Program-made: the position numbers and the translations under genes
The notes under the pieces: model-generated
The model's input: the letters and a program-made list of their open reading frames with translations, nothing else
Told to the model about the DNA's origin: nothing
Databases searched by the model: none
Virus record (IMG/VR): IMGVR_UViG_3300009545_000018
Location: 248,001-312,000 of that record
DNA length: 64,000 bases
Reading direction: 5' to 3' (one strand)
Shown: in pieces, positions 19,815-30,881 of the stretch
How the letters are laid out: each line of letters opens with the position of its first letter
Numbering within the stretch: the stretch's first letter is position 1

Positions 19815-19877
19815 TAAAATATAATTACTACATATAAATGCATAAGAATGAATAAGATTTTGTCTGAGGTACCATAA

Positions 19878-20780
19878 ATGACACTAGAATCAGTTGCACA
19901 AGAATTAATAGTTTTAGAACCAGTAGCTACTGCTCCGCATAACATGTCTATGGTTCCATTAGAAGTAATGGATGAGACATTAGCACAGCCAATGAATATG
20001 AATTCATTAGAGGTTGATGAACCAGGAGAAATTGCTATTGTTATTGATGATTTGCCCGGCGCCCCCCGTGGAACAAGCGATCCAGAGCCACCACTAGAGG
20101 TTGTGGAAGAAGATAAAAAAGAAGACAAAAAAGATGATGAAAATGAAGCTCAATCAAAAAAACCAGAAAAATGGGATTGGTCTTCTAAAGGGTCTGAAGG
20201 ATTTATACTTTGGGTAAAAGAAAGAATTGATGATGTCCCTAAACATTCTGGTTATGATACAGCAGGATTAGAAAGAGCAGTGTCTTATCTTGATAAATTA
20301 GATGCTGAAATTTCAAAAGCTATGAGATTGGATGTAGATGGTGATTTGGATGCCAATAAAGTTGAAGAAGTTCGTGCTCAAATTGAAAATGGCATTTCAA
20401 AATTACATGATCGTTTAGATAAAGTAAAACAAAGCAAGAAAAAGTCAAAGAAGAAAAAAGCTGAACAAGAAAATGCTTTAGTTAAAGAGGGACAAAAAAT
20501 TACTGGTGTTCAAGGTGTTTTTGTCACTGTTCCATTATTAATTTCTAGAATTGCAAGAGTTTGTATTAATGGAACTGTTTCTGCAGGTCATGATATTGAG
20601 GATTTATATAAAAGACAAGTTGACAAGTATAAATTAACTGATCGTGAGCAGGCTGAGGTTCAACAATTATTATTCGATATGGGTTATCCAGTTCGTCAAG
20701 ATAGAGGCTATATGGCTGATGAAGATGTTGATATGTCATCAAGTGATAATTTTGATTGGGCGGCTAATTACAAAGGTTAA
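19878..20780 (+). CDS. Hypothetical head-cluster protein
   Basis: 300-aa ORF with GAGG RBS. Confidence 0.7.
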   Translation: MTLESVAQELIVLEPVATAPHNMSMVPLEVMDETLAQPMNMNSLEVDEPGEIAIVIDDLPGAPRGTSDPEPPLEVVEEDKKEDKKDDENEAQSKKPEKWDWSSKGSEGFILWVKERIDDVPKHSGYDTAGLERAVSYLDKLDAEISKAMRLDVDGDLDANKVEEVRAQIENGISKLHDRLDKVKQSKKKSKKKKAEQENALVKEGQKITGVQGVFVTVPLLISRIARVCINGTVSAGHDIEDLYKRQVDKYKLTDREQAEVQQLLFDMGYPVRQDRGYMADEDVDMSSSDNFDWAANYKG

Positions 20781-20783
20781 TTT

Positions 20784-21434
20784 ATGTCAAAATATAATAG
20801 ACATCAATCAGTTGTTTCAAAACACTCTGATGCACAACAAGATGAAGACAATTGGATTAATAAATTAGAAAAATCTTTAATTAAAGATGCAGTTCAATCA
20901 CGTCAAGTTGATGATTATTTATTTCATCAAATAAATAATATAATGAATGGAACAAAGTCTAAATATTCAACAGTTGAAGAAGCCGTAGAAGATATGAAAG
21001 CTAGAAGTGGTTATAGCAATCATGTTACTAAAATGAATAAAGTTTCGGAAAATGAAGATAATAATAAAAAAGTTGCATCAGACTCTAATGAAGTAAAGTC
21101 TAAAAAATCATCTACACCAATAGTTATTCAAAAATGTCCACAAATTAAAAATACTTTAGAAAATTTTATAAGAGATACTAAAGGTAATGTATCTATTCCA
21201 GCAATTATTGAAAAAATAAAAAATATTCATGGTAAAGATATTTCTGAAGCTAAAGATTGGGATGAAGATAATTTTGTTAAATTAGTAAGTTATTTGAATT
21301 TAAGAGCAAAACAACAAAATCCTGCAAATTATGAAAATCATACTAATTTAGGGACGATGGATCAGACAATTAATGATGATGCAGACCCTTCAAATACAGA
21401 TGCATTTCATGCACTTATGCCCTTCTCAAATTAA
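20784..21434 (+). CDS. Hypothetical head-cluster protein
   Basis: 216-aa ORF. Confidence 0.7.
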   Translation: MSKYNRHQSVVSKHSDAQQDEDNWINKLEKSLIKDAVQSRQVDDYLFHQINNIMNGTKSKYSTVEEAVEDMKARSGYSNHVTKMNKVSENEDNNKKVASDSNEVKSKKSSTPIVIQKCPQIKNTLENFIRDTKGNVSIPAIIEKIKNIHGKDISEAKDWDEDNFVKLVSYLNLRAKQQNPANYENHTNLGTMDQTINDDADPSNTDAFHALMPFSN

Positions 21435-21453
21435 TTTATTATATAATAAATTA

Positions 21454-21915
21454 TTAACTTTTATTATGTGGACAATAGCCAAAAAATCCTTTAGCACAAT
21501 TACAGTTATAGCATAGTAATTGATAATTATCTTTTGGAAAATTATTTTTTATTAACCATCTATAAAGTTTTCCACCAGTCCCTTGTTTAGTATTTTTTCT
21601 TTCTTTAGCACCATTATTATTGATATGATCAATTGTTAGAAATTCTATAGTATCTTCTCCACAACAAGCGCATTTTCCGCCATATTCTTTTATAATTAAA
21701 ATTTTATTATTAAATTCATATATTTTTTGTTGATTTCTAATATAATCAGTATTATTTAAATATTTAATTTTTGCCCGTTCTTTTGCACAAATGTTGCACA
21801 AATACTTGCCCCGATTTGTATTATATTTTTTAGAATTATTTTCATTTAATATAATTTTGCAATCAATACATTTTTTATCTTCATTTTTCTTGTTACTATT
21901 AGTTTTTTGTCGCAT
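21454..21915 (-). CDS. Free-standing HNH endonuclease
   Basis: YGGKCACCG..LTIDHINNNG..YQLLCYNCNCAK. Confidence 0.88.
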   Translation of the reverse strand: MRQKTNSNKKNEDKKCIDCKIILNENNSKKYNTNRGKYLCNICAKERAKIKYLNNTDYIRNQQKIYEFNNKILIIKEYGGKCACCGEDTIEFLTIDHINNNGAKERKNTKQGTGGKLYRWLIKNNFPKDNYQLLCYNCNCAKGFFGYCPHNKS

Positions 21916-21918
21916 ACT

Positions 21919-21932
21919 AATAATTCTGCATA
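21919..21932 (+). promoter_or_regulatory. Candidate late-promoter motif ATA-N5-GCAT(A/T), representative copy
   Basis: AATAATTCTGCATA; related copies precede at least seven other genes. Confidence 0.45.
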
Positions 21933-21961
21933 AGTAATAGAACTTTTGCAGAATTTACAAG

Positions 21962-23818
21962 ATGGATAATAATTTATTTAATAGATTAAAAAAACAATTA
22001 CTCAATCTAGATCCAGTTAGTTTTGTGGAGAATTATTTAACATTAGATGGAAAGCCATTTAGGCTCCACAATAATGGGTATAAACCCTTCGCTGACATAT
22101 ATCGTTACATTGGAATTAAAGCATTAGAACCAAATTCTAAGCCTGTTATTTTGGTTAAAGGTCGTCAGGTAGGTGGAACTACTATGGCTAGCGCCCTCGA
22201 AATGTATTTTATGGGCTCTGGTATATTTGGTATTGGTGATAAGCCGCCTATTAGAGTTATTCATGCTTTTCCTCAATTAGAACTTGCAGCAGCCTATTCT
22301 AAAACAAAACTTAATCCAATGATTTCTTCCTCTCTTCAATTAGAAGATACTGAGAAGAAGCCCGGCGCTAAAATTAAATCTATCATGCAATCTTTAATGG
22401 ATCAAACTAGTGCCACCAATGATTCATTACATTTTAAACAATTTGTAGGCGGAAATCATATTTGGGTAGAATCTACTGGCTTAACTGGTGATAGACTTAG
22501 AGGTCGTACTGCGGATGTTATCTTCTTCGATGAAGTACAAGATACTAGCAGTGAAGCCATGGGTAATTCATTGAAGATTTTAACTACTGCTAAATATGGA
22601 AAAGCCGGCAAAGGAGTACAAGTATTTTTTGGAACTCCACGTCGTAAAGGTTCAGATTTTCATAAAATGTGGCAGGTTTCTTCTCAACAATATTATTATT
22701 TAGGTTGTCAAGATTGCAAAAAACATTTTCCTTTATATACTCCTGAATCAGATGAATGGGAAAAGATTTGGATTACTGGGTTTATTGTTAAGTGTACACA
22801 TTGTGGTTGTGAACAAGATAAACGTGAGGCAGCTGAACGTGGCAAATGGGTAGCTTGTAAAAATCCTGATGATGATGACTGTCAAATGATTGGCTTTCAC
22901 ATTAATCAATTGTATATGCCCACTTTTACTAAAGAAGATATTATTAATGAAAAGCCCGGCATTCATCCAATTAACACTGATAGAGTATATAAAAATGAAG
23001 TGTTAGGAGAATTTTTTCAAGGAGACACTTCTCCAATTACTATTGAAGAGATTAGAGAAAAATGTGGTGAACCTAATCGTAAATTTAGAGCGTCAATTGC
23101 TCCTGGCGAAGAACAAATCGTAGTTTGTGGCATTGATTATGGTGCTAGAAATGACTTAGAACAATTAGCCAATCCAAATAAAGCAAAAGTTACAGGACAA
23201 TCTTATAGTACAGCTGTTATTTTATCGGCAAAAGGTCCTAATCTATTATCTATTGAATTTGCAACAAAATTTAAAAGAAACGATATGGAAAGTAAGAAAG
23301 GCATTATTGATCAATTAATGAGACAATATAGTTTACAATTAACTATTGGAGACATTGGTTATTCTAATGATTTTTCAGAATTAATGCATACTTCTTATGG
23401 TGATAGATATTTAGTTTCTAGGGCTCATAATAAAATAAATGGTCATATTAAATATAATACAGAATTATTTCCTAAAGAAATTCAATTTGAAAGAGATCAT
23501 TATATAGCCGAATTATATGCTTTAATGAAAAATGGAAATATTAAATTTCCATTTGGAGACTATGAGAAAATCGCGTGGCTAATACAACATTGCGCTAGTA
23601 TGGAAATAAAGCCCTCAATTTCAAAATTTGGTGATCCTACTATACATTATATAAAGGGAGGTACACCAAATGACGGGTTTATGGCACTATTAAATGCGTA
23701 TATTGCTTATAAATTTGTTTTAACTAAAGGATTTACTAATAATAATCCAATTTTACAACAAGTAGGTTTTCAAAATAAACCACTGATTGTGGCGGGTTAT
23801 ATTCCAAGAAGATTCTAA
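21962..23818 (+). CDS. terL: Terminase large subunit (GpA-like, Zn finger)
   Basis: KGRQVGGTT, LRGRTADVIFFDEVQD, FGTP, CxxC..CxxC, VCGIDYG nuclease. Confidence 0.92.
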   Translation: MDNNLFNRLKKQLLNLDPVSFVENYLTLDGKPFRLHNNGYKPFADIYRYIGIKALEPNSKPVILVKGRQVGGTTMASALEMYFMGSGIFGIGDKPPIRVIHAFPQLELAAAYSKTKLNPMISSSLQLEDTEKKPGAKIKSIMQSLMDQTSATNDSLHFKQFVGGNHIWVESTGLTGDRLRGRTADVIFFDEVQDTSSEAMGNSLKILTTAKYGKAGKGVQVFFGTPRRKGSDFHKMWQVSSQQYYYLGCQDCKKHFPLYTPESDEWEKIWITGFIVKCTHCGCEQDKREAAERGKWVACKNPDDDDCQMIGFHINQLYMPTFTKEDIINEKPGIHPINTDRVYKNEVLGEFFQGDTSPITIEEIREKCGEPNRKFRASIAPGEEQIVVCGIDYGARNDLEQLANPNKAKVTGQSYSTAVILSAKGPNLLSIEFATKFKRNDMESKKGIIDQLMRQYSLQLTIGDIGYSNDFSELMHTSYGDRYLVSRAHNKINGHIKYNTELFPKEIQFERDHYIAELYALMKNGNIKFPFGDYEKIAWLIQHCASMEIKPSISKFGDPTIHYIKGGTPNDGFMALLNAYIAYKFVLTKGFTNNNPILQQVGFQNKPLIVAGYIPRRF

Positions 23819-23884
23819 CTATATCTGTTCATTGATATATTATTTACTAAGCATAGTAGGTAGGTATATTAGGAACGAGGAAAA

Positions 23885-25693
23885 ATGCCTTTAGACAAAA
23901 CTGGTAAAAAATGGATAGGACCATCAAATTCGGAAAATTATTTAAATAGTAAATCTGAGGTCCCACAAGTTAGTGCTATTATGGCAAATAATATTTCTCA
24001 ATACAGAAAAGAAACTTTGGGAAAAGAAGTTGAAAGGGGATTATTTAGAGACGGTTCAAATAATGCTAAAACTTCTGATAATGAATTAACAGTTAATTCT
24101 AATGTTACATCATCAATTGGTGTGAATAAATTTGCTCAGGTAGTTAGTGGTGGTAGCGGAGGTTTTCGTGGTGGTATGGGAGATACTGTTAAACAAGGAC
24201 CAGAGGTATATTCTCCGCTTTGGTTAAATAGTAATTTAAACTTATCTCGTGATAGGGCTATAATTAATGCATGGTGTAGAAGTTTTTATGCACTTAATCC
24301 ATTTGTACATAATGCTATTAATCTTCATAGTACTTATCCAATTAGCAAATTAAATATTAAATGCCCAAATAAAAATGTAGAAAAATTCTTTAATGATATG
24401 ATTGAAGAAATTGATTTAATGAATATTTGTGTACAAATTGCACAAGAATATTGGTTATTAGGTGAAACTTTTGTTTATGCAGAATTAGATGAAAGTAAAG
24501 GAAAGTGGAACCGTTTAGTTATTCAAAATCCAGATCATATGTTAGTTAAAGCAACAGTATCTGCACATGAATCTATAATTATGTTACGTCCAGATAACAA
24601 TTTAAAAAGAATTGTTTTTTCTAATAAACCTTCAGATATTGAACAAAGAAAACAATTAAATCAACATATTATAGATTGTATTAAACGCGGTGGTGATATT
24701 CCATTGGATAGTTTTAATGTTTCTCATTTGGCTCGTAGAATTAGCCCGTATGAAATAAGAGGAACAGGATTACCAGTTTGTATATTTAGACAATTAATGT
24801 TATTTGATAAATTAAGAGAATCAAAATATGCTCAAGCTGATAATATGATTAATCCTTTAACATTAGTTAAAATTGGATCTGCTGATTTTAAACCAACCGT
24901 TGCAGATTTAGAGGCTTGGCGTCAAATATTTGAACAGGCACAAAATGATAAAGATTTTAAAGTTTTTACTCATGAAGGAGTAGATGTTACAAAAGTTGGA
25001 AGTGGCGCGGGCATTTATGATATTTCCGGAGATATTACTCAAATTATTAAAGAAATTTATGTTGGTTTGCAAGTGCCACCTGTACTAATGGATGGTGGTG
25101 CTGATACCACTTATGCTAATGGTGGCGTAGCGTTAGATGTTTTAAGACAACGCTATATGCAATTTCGTAATATGTTATCTGCTTGGTTAAAAAGAAAAAT
25201 TTTCGCACCTATTTCTAAAATTCAAGGATTTTATGAATATCATAATGGAGAAAAACAACTTATTGTTCCAGAAGTAGATTGGAATCATATGTCGATTTTT
25301 GATGCGGGTGATTATATTCAAAATTTAGTTACTTTATCTCAAGGACAAGATGATCAAAAGAGAGTATCATTACATACTTTATATAGATCTATGGGTCTAG
25401 AATATCAAGATGAAGTTAGAAAAATTAGAAAAGAAAGCATTCAAAATGCTATTTCTAAAAAAGAAAAAATATCTTTAGATAATATGGATTTAAATTCTTT
25501 GAGAGCTTTAGATGATGAGGATGAAATACCAGAAGCAGAAGCTTTGGTTGGTTCAGCGCCAGGTGCTGTTCCAGGAGAAAATCCATTATCATCTCCTTCT
25601 GCTGGTCCAGAGGCTCCACCTAGTGGACTTCCAGGGTTAGATTTATCGCCCCCTCCCTCAACTCCACCTCCTGGTACGCCCCCGGCACCATAA
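23885..25693 (+). CDS. Portal protein
   Basis: Follows terL; NPFVHNAINLH, EYWLLGE, HLARR.SPYEIRGTG; Pro-rich tail. Confidence 0.85.
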   Translation: MPLDKTGKKWIGPSNSENYLNSKSEVPQVSAIMANNISQYRKETLGKEVERGLFRDGSNNAKTSDNELTVNSNVTSSIGVNKFAQVVSGGSGGFRGGMGDTVKQGPEVYSPLWLNSNLNLSRDRAIINAWCRSFYALNPFVHNAINLHSTYPISKLNIKCPNKNVEKFFNDMIEEIDLMNICVQIAQEYWLLGETFVYAELDESKGKWNRLVIQNPDHMLVKATVSAHESIIMLRPDNNLKRIVFSNKPSDIEQRKQLNQHIIDCIKRGGDIPLDSFNVSHLARRISPYEIRGTGLPVCIFRQLMLFDKLRESKYAQADNMINPLTLVKIGSADFKPTVADLEAWRQIFEQAQNDKDFKVFTHEGVDVTKVGSGAGIYDISGDITQIIKEIYVGLQVPPVLMDGGADTTYANGGVALDVLRQRYMQFRNMLSAWLKRKIFAPISKIQGFYEYHNGEKQLIVPEVDWNHMSIFDAGDYIQNLVTLSQGQDDQKRVSLHTLYRSMGLEYQDEVRKIRKESIQNAISKKEKISLDNMDLNSLRALDDEDEIPEAEALVGSAPGAVPGENPLSSPSAGPEAPPSGLPGLDLSPPPSTPPPGTPPAP

Positions 25694-25761
25694 TAAAATC
25701 AAATAATTAGTATGTATAATATAGCATTATTTTGTTAATTGCGGACTATTAGAGGATCATC

Positions 25762-27003
25762 ATGCAGAAAACTGCCCAAAAAAGAAGCATTCTTAATAAA
25801 CTTAAAGAAATGAGCAATGTTAGTGGCATTGCTGCAGAAAAATTTTTTAATCCAGAATTTGAAAGGGTTATGAATAGTTTGCGCGCTACTGATGATAAAA
25901 TCAGAGCAATTGCATCAGGAAAAACTATTGAAGATCAAGATCCTGGAGATCCGGTCTCATTAAAGGATTTAATTAAAGATGCTAAATCTAACTTAAATAG
26001 AAGAGAGTATATGACTGCTATTGCTTCTTTAGGACGATTTCATAAAAAATTATATGATATTAGTCAGTCTATTGATGCATTAAATGTAGATGTAGATCAA
26101 GTTCATCATGATTTTTTATTTAAGGACTTAGATGATGAACAAAAGAAACATCTTTCAGAAATAAAATCACGTTTTGCCATTGCTCGTGGTCATAGTTTAA
26201 TATCACAAGCCGGTATTATGGATTTTTTGCATAATATTTCTTCTGAAAGAGGCAGAGCATTAGCGGCATGGGAAAAAAGATACCCCAAACAAGTATCTAA
26301 ATTAAAAAAAGATACTGCTAATTTAATTTCTAAATCTGAAAGTATATTATCAATCATCTTATCTACCTTAAAAGAGATGGCAAGTGCACGTGCATCTAGA
26401 AAAGTAGATGATTATGTTAAATTTGGTGAAAAATTAACTTCTTTGTATAATAATTACGATAAATCTTTTAGAGATCATTATGTGTCTAATGTTAAAGGAT
26501 TTTTAGAAAAACAAGAATTATTATCACCAAATAAAAAAATTGATAATACTGATATGGGTAAACAAGAAATAACCCCCAATTCTTCTGAAGTTCCTGATTT
26601 AGAAGTTTCAGAAGAAAATGAAGCTATTCCTTTAGTTAATACAAAATCGCCTAATACTGTGCCTGCTCCAGCCCCTGATTTTAGTTTAGAAGAAGCCTAT
26701 GAAAATGTTACACAACCAAATTCTAGTGCATTTGCTCCACCAAAATTACCATCAGGAATGTCTGTGCCAAATCAAGTTGTAGTTCCTCCAGCTCAAGAAG
26801 ATGCCCATGAGGATACCTTAGAGGAAGAAATACCTCCAGTTAAATCTGCACATCAAAAATTTATTACTTCATTGGAAACAATGTCAAATGAAAAGCCAGA
26901 ATTACTTGCTAGTAAAATTCGTGTTTATGCTAAATCTATTCAAGAATCTGATTTAGCAACCTCTATCGAATTATTAAAATTAGCTAAATTAATTAAGGAG
27001 TAA
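25762..27003 (+). CDS. Hypothetical head-cluster protein
   Basis: 413 aa; starts MQKTAQ. Confidence 0.7.
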   Translation: MQKTAQKRSILNKLKEMSNVSGIAAEKFFNPEFERVMNSLRATDDKIRAIASGKTIEDQDPGDPVSLKDLIKDAKSNLNRREYMTAIASLGRFHKKLYDISQSIDALNVDVDQVHHDFLFKDLDDEQKKHLSEIKSRFAIARGHSLISQAGIMDFLHNISSERGRALAAWEKRYPKQVSKLKKDTANLISKSESILSIILSTLKEMASARASRKVDDYVKFGEKLTSLYNNYDKSFRDHYVSNVKGFLEKQELLSPNKKIDNTDMGKQEITPNSSEVPDLEVSEENEAIPLVNTKSPNTVPAPAPDFSLEEAYENVTQPNSSAFAPPKLPSGMSVPNQVVVPPAQEDAHEDTLEEEIPPVKSAHQKFITSLETMSNEKPELLASKIRVYAKSIQESDLATSIELLKLAKLIKE

Positions 27004-27006
27004 TAA

Positions 27007-28068
27007 ATGGCAAAATTGGATTCCAATTTCTACCAAAAATTACTTCAGCTATCTGATAATGTTGGCATGAAGCCAGAAGACATTTTAAATGTTATGGCGG
27101 TGGAATCTAATTTGGATCCTTCTGCTCACAATCCTAATGGTCATGCATCTGGTTTAGTTCAAGTTATGCCAAAATTTCTTTCCGGATTAGGATTTCATGG
27201 AACTCCAGAAGATTTTAGAAATAGTTCTGCTTCATCTCAGCTTAATGTTGTTGAGAGATTAATTAAAAATATGATGAAAGTTAATGGCGGACCTTTAAAT
27301 TCTGCCGCCCAATATTATGTGGGCAACTTTCTACCAGTAGCTTTGAAGTTACCAGGTGTTCGTCAAGGTAAAGCAAGTACTATTATTGTTTCTAAAAATC
27401 CCATAGAACCTCACTTACCTAATATTTCTATACAACAAGAAATGAAATTTTATAATGCTAATCCTGGATTAGATTTTGATCATGATGGAAATATTACTTA
27501 TGGTGACATTCAAAATGTATTAAAAGCCGCCCAAAACAAAAAAAATTATCAAGATGCTGTAGCCGCTCTTAATAAATTTAGAAGCTTACCAAATGAAGAT
27601 ACTTTTAATCAATTAGCAATTAAAAAGCCACAAACAAATAATAAAGTAAATACTTTATTGGAAAATTATTTAAACTTAATTAATGCGAAAGAATATGTTA
27701 ATATGAAAAAACCGGAGTATAATAATGCTGTTATCAAAATAACAGCAAATTCATTAAATGAATCTTTAGAATTTGCTAGAATATTATCACTGGCATTAGA
27801 TGAGGAATTATCAGCTAAGGTTAGTATTCATTCTGATAATAATTTAGTAGAAGTAGAATGTGATATTCCAGGACCTACTAAAGATTCTTTTGCTGTAGCA
27901 GAACAATTAACAAATTCTTTAGCTGAAATATTTTTTGATGTTACCAAAAAAATTGGTGGAATCAAAATTAAAACACAATTAATTACCAATAAAAAGTCAT
28001 CACATCAAGTTGTTGATTTGAAAACTACTGACGTTGAACATCGCAAATTTTTGTTAAAATTTGTTTAA
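27007..28068 (+). CDS. Lytic transglycosylase (SLT/lysozyme-like) with C-terminal extra domain
   Basis: VMAVESNLDPSAHNP.GHASGLVQVMP; NPGLDFDHDGNIT. Confidence 0.85.
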   Translation: MAKLDSNFYQKLLQLSDNVGMKPEDILNVMAVESNLDPSAHNPNGHASGLVQVMPKFLSGLGFHGTPEDFRNSSASSQLNVVERLIKNMMKVNGGPLNSAAQYYVGNFLPVALKLPGVRQGKASTIIVSKNPIEPHLPNISIQQEMKFYNANPGLDFDHDGNITYGDIQNVLKAAQNKKNYQDAVAALNKFRSLPNEDTFNQLAIKKPQTNNKVNTLLENYLNLINAKEYVNMKKPEYNNAVIKITANSLNESLEFARILSLALDEELSAKVSIHSDNNLVEVECDIPGPTKDSFAVAEQLTNSLAEIFFDVTKKIGGIKIKTQLITNKKSSHQVVDLKTTDVEHRKFLLKFV

Positions 28069-28078
28069 GGAAAATATA

Positions 28079-28468
28079 ATGCCTACAATTAAAGAAATTA
28101 CTAGTACAATTGATGTCTTTAATGACAATAGAAACAAAACATTTGCGGAATTTATTGCAGAACTTCTCAAAGAAAGATTTGTTGAAATTTACTTGGGAGA
28201 TTCTTTTGAGGAAATTAAATTAGAACAAAATAGTGTGGCTTATCCTGCTGTATTTTGTGGAAAAGTTATTGGTGCTTTTAAAGAATGTTTAATTGTAAAT
28301 TCCTTTTTTCCTAATAAAGGAAGCAAACAATTAGGAAATATTATTTTTATAAATGAAAGAGCTATTAGATCTCTTAAAGAAATTGATGGTAATGGTACTA
28401 TAAATGATTTGTTTATTAAGAGTGGATCGGAATCTTTATCAATTTATAAAGAATATGCTAAAAAATGA
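28079..28468 (+). CDS. Hypothetical protein, possible Sm-like beta barrel
   Basis: VEIYL..CGKVIGAFKECLIV..IIFINERAIRSL; fold guess only. Confidence 0.55.
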   Translation: MPTIKEITSTIDVFNDNRNKTFAEFIAELLKERFVEIYLGDSFEEIKLEQNSVAYPAVFCGKVIGAFKECLIVNSFFPNKGSKQLGNIIFINERAIRSLKEIDGNGTINDLFIKSGSESLSIYKEYAKK

Positions 28469-29196
28469 TTAATACTAATGATATTTTAAAATTAGCTAGC
28501 ACATATGAAGCAGTATGTGATGAATTATTAGCTATAGCCTACATTGTAAAAATGAAGGGCAAATATCGCGTAGTATCTGAAAAAGGTAAAAATTTAGGAG
28601 AATCAGACACTAGGGCAGGTGCTGAAAAAAGATTAAAACAAGTAGAATTTTTTAAACATAAAGATCATAATCAAGCAGATGATAAAGAATTAGATTTAAC
28701 TGATATTGAAGAATTTTCTTATTCCGCTATTGTACGCAAATTAAGACAAAAAGCATCAAAAGAGCAAGTTAAATTGTTTTTAACTTTATATAAAAAACAA
28801 TTTGATAAAGCAGTACGAGACAAAGTACAAAAGCCCGAAAAAATTGCATTACAAAATACCTTTATAAAATTTAAAAAAATAGTTAAACTTAAATATTCTA
28901 AAAAAATGATTAAAAATGCTGCCATTACTGAATTAGGCGATGCTGCTTCTGTTGGAGCCTATTTAGCTAATATTGTTAAATTTACTATTCAAAGAATTTC
29001 CCCCGAAAAAAGACAAGGTGCACTGGAAAGTTTAAAAAATAAACTTTATCATTTAAATGAAATAGAGCTATCTAATAAAAATTTACCAGCCTCAAGTTCT
29101 ATGGGTCAAAGTATAACATTCGTTAAGCATGTCTTATTTAATCATGATGCACAATACATTCGTGAAGTTATAAATAATCTAGTAAGGAATTTATAA
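28465..29196 (+). CDS. Hypothetical head-cluster protein
   Basis: Contains KYRVVSEKGKNLG..AEKRLKQVEFFKH module. Confidence 0.7.
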   Translation: MINTNDILKLASTYEAVCDELLAIAYIVKMKGKYRVVSEKGKNLGESDTRAGAEKRLKQVEFFKHKDHNQADDKELDLTDIEEFSYSAIVRKLRQKASKEQVKLFLTLYKKQFDKAVRDKVQKPEKIALQNTFIKFKKIVKLKYSKKMIKNAAITELGDAASVGAYLANIVKFTIQRISPEKRQGALESLKNKLYHLNEIELSNKNLPASSSMGQSITFVKHVLFNHDAQYIREVINNLVRNL

Positions 29197-29948
29197 TGAT
29201 TTCAAAATTTCTACGAGTTGATGACGGTTTATACCGAGGTTCAGCTCCTAGCCCTAAAGATGTGCAAATGCTGCATGATAAATATGGGATTAAAAAAATT
29301 GTTAGTTTAGATCAAAATTGTGCAGATATAATTGCTAATACTTGTAAATTATTTAAAATTAAACAGGTTATAATAGATTTGAATGAATCTAAGTCCTCTT
29401 TATTAAATTTATTAAAATATGATTTATACGATCTTTTAATAAATGGGGGTCCAACATTTGTGCATTGTCGTCATGGCAAAGATAGAACAGGATTAATTTG
29501 TGCAATGTATCAATGTAAATATCAAGGTAAAGATCCAGAACAAGCAATTGCAGAGGCAAAAAGTTTGGGATTTGGTATTGGAGTAGATCCTTCATTTATT
29601 AATTTATATGAAAAGTTAATAAGATCATGCAAAACACCTACTGATATAAATAATTCGGATATAGTTTCTAATGTTAGAGAAGATAAAGGTGATAGTCGTG
29701 ATTCTTACTTAGATGAGGCAGATAGATTTTCTATTGAAGCTTATTTAGGAAAAAATCTTATGGATCAAGATGATCCGGTTTATAGCACTATAAATCATCA
29801 ATCACCTACAAGACAGGATAATGATAGGTTAATAAAAGAGCATATTTTAGAGGAAGATTATATGCCTCAAGTAGGGCAATATGACAATAGTGCGGGTATT
29901 GCTGGTGTTGGACCTAGTGAAAATGTAGGTGGATTTATACATGATTAA
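29196..29948 (+). CDS. Cys-dependent (PTP/dual-specificity family) phosphatase with acidic tail
   Basis: LYRGSAP, FVHCRHGKDRTG (CX5R). Confidence 0.9.
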   Translation: MISKFLRVDDGLYRGSAPSPKDVQMLHDKYGIKKIVSLDQNCADIIANTCKLFKIKQVIIDLNESKSSLLNLLKYDLYDLLINGGPTFVHCRHGKDRTGLICAMYQCKYQGKDPEQAIAEAKSLGFGIGVDPSFINLYEKLIRSCKTPTDINNSDIVSNVREDKGDSRDSYLDEADRFSIEAYLGKNLMDQDDPVYSTINHQSPTRQDNDRLIKEHILEEDYMPQVGQYDNSAGIAGVGPSENVGGFIHD

Positions 29949-30594
29949 TAGAAAAGCATATATAGTAAATATGACTTATGAAGTGTCAGATGCAGAAAAA
30001 CTACAAGCATCTCGAGCACTTGTGCACTTTAATCATGTTTTAAAGTTATTACATTTATCTACTGATCATTTAAATATTATGAAGACTCCATTTAAGGATA
30101 ATCCTGGTATGAGCGCGGATGATGTAATGAAAGCAAGAGCTGCTCTTAGAAGATTTAGAGATAAAGCTATAGAAAATTTTAATGATTTTAAACAAGCAGC
30201 ATTTAAATGTGTTAATGCGATGCAAGATTTTTCTTTTGATACACAAACTATTAAATTAATTAAATCCCTTATTGCATCTATAGATGATTTAGAGAAAAAT
30301 GTAAATAAATTTAGTGATTTATTTAATGATTTAGAATCAAAAGATTTTGCATCAAATATTGTAAAAGAAATTGAAAAAATTCAAAGTGATGGTGATGCTA
30401 TTGAAGAAATTATTGAAGAACGAATTAAAAGACATATTCAAAATAATATCTTAGCTACTAGTTGGGTTGATTCTGTAGGAGATGAAATCCAGATGAAAAT
30501 AGAGAAAAAAACACCTTTACTTTTGGATTTATATAATAAAAGACAAGATCAATTGAATGAAAAAGTAAAGGAAACGACTATACAAGGAGAATAA
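29941..30594 (+). CDS. Hypothetical helical protein
   Basis: ATG 29941 overlapping upstream stop. Confidence 0.7.
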   Translation: MINRKAYIVNMTYEVSDAEKLQASRALVHFNHVLKLLHLSTDHLNIMKTPFKDNPGMSADDVMKARAALRRFRDKAIENFNDFKQAAFKCVNAMQDFSFDTQTIKLIKSLIASIDDLEKNVNKFSDLFNDLESKDFASNIVKEIEKIQSDGDAIEEIIEERIKRHIQNNILATSWVDSVGDEIQMKIEKKTPLLLDLYNKRQDQLNEKVKETTIQGE

Positions 30595-30719
30595 TTTACC
30601 ATACTTAATGGCAATAATTTTATATATAATTGTTGTTTAATCTGCTTTGCAGGTAAATTGTGGTAATAATTCATTATAATAAATAACAAGTTATGGTCTC
30701 TTTACTAGGGAACAAAAAT

Positions 30720-30881
30720 ATGGCTTTTATAAAGCATGGTGATGGAAAAATAATGTCTGTTGTAGAAACAGAAAATCTTACTGAAGAGCAAAAAGAAACA
30801 GCTAAGAAAATTTCTGCTAACAATAGTAATAAATCTATAGAATCCAACGAAACTGATAACCAGGACGCTGGGAGAAATTAA
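30720..30881 (+). CDS. Small protein coupled to the protease gene
   Basis: MAFIKHGDG; TAATG overlap with 30881. Confidence 0.5.
   Translation: MAFIKHGDGKIMSVVETENLTEEQKETAKKISANNSNKSIESNETDNQDAGRN

Noticed and set aside
21962-23818. Inteins or introns in terL, recA, dnaE or MCP
   Set aside because: Motifs are contiguous, lengths ordinary, and no C...HN splice signature was seen
30595-30719. Intergenic gaps as tRNA/ncRNA (also 35624-35719, 42661-42778)
   Set aside because: Only short hairpins; no cloverleaf or T-loop motif
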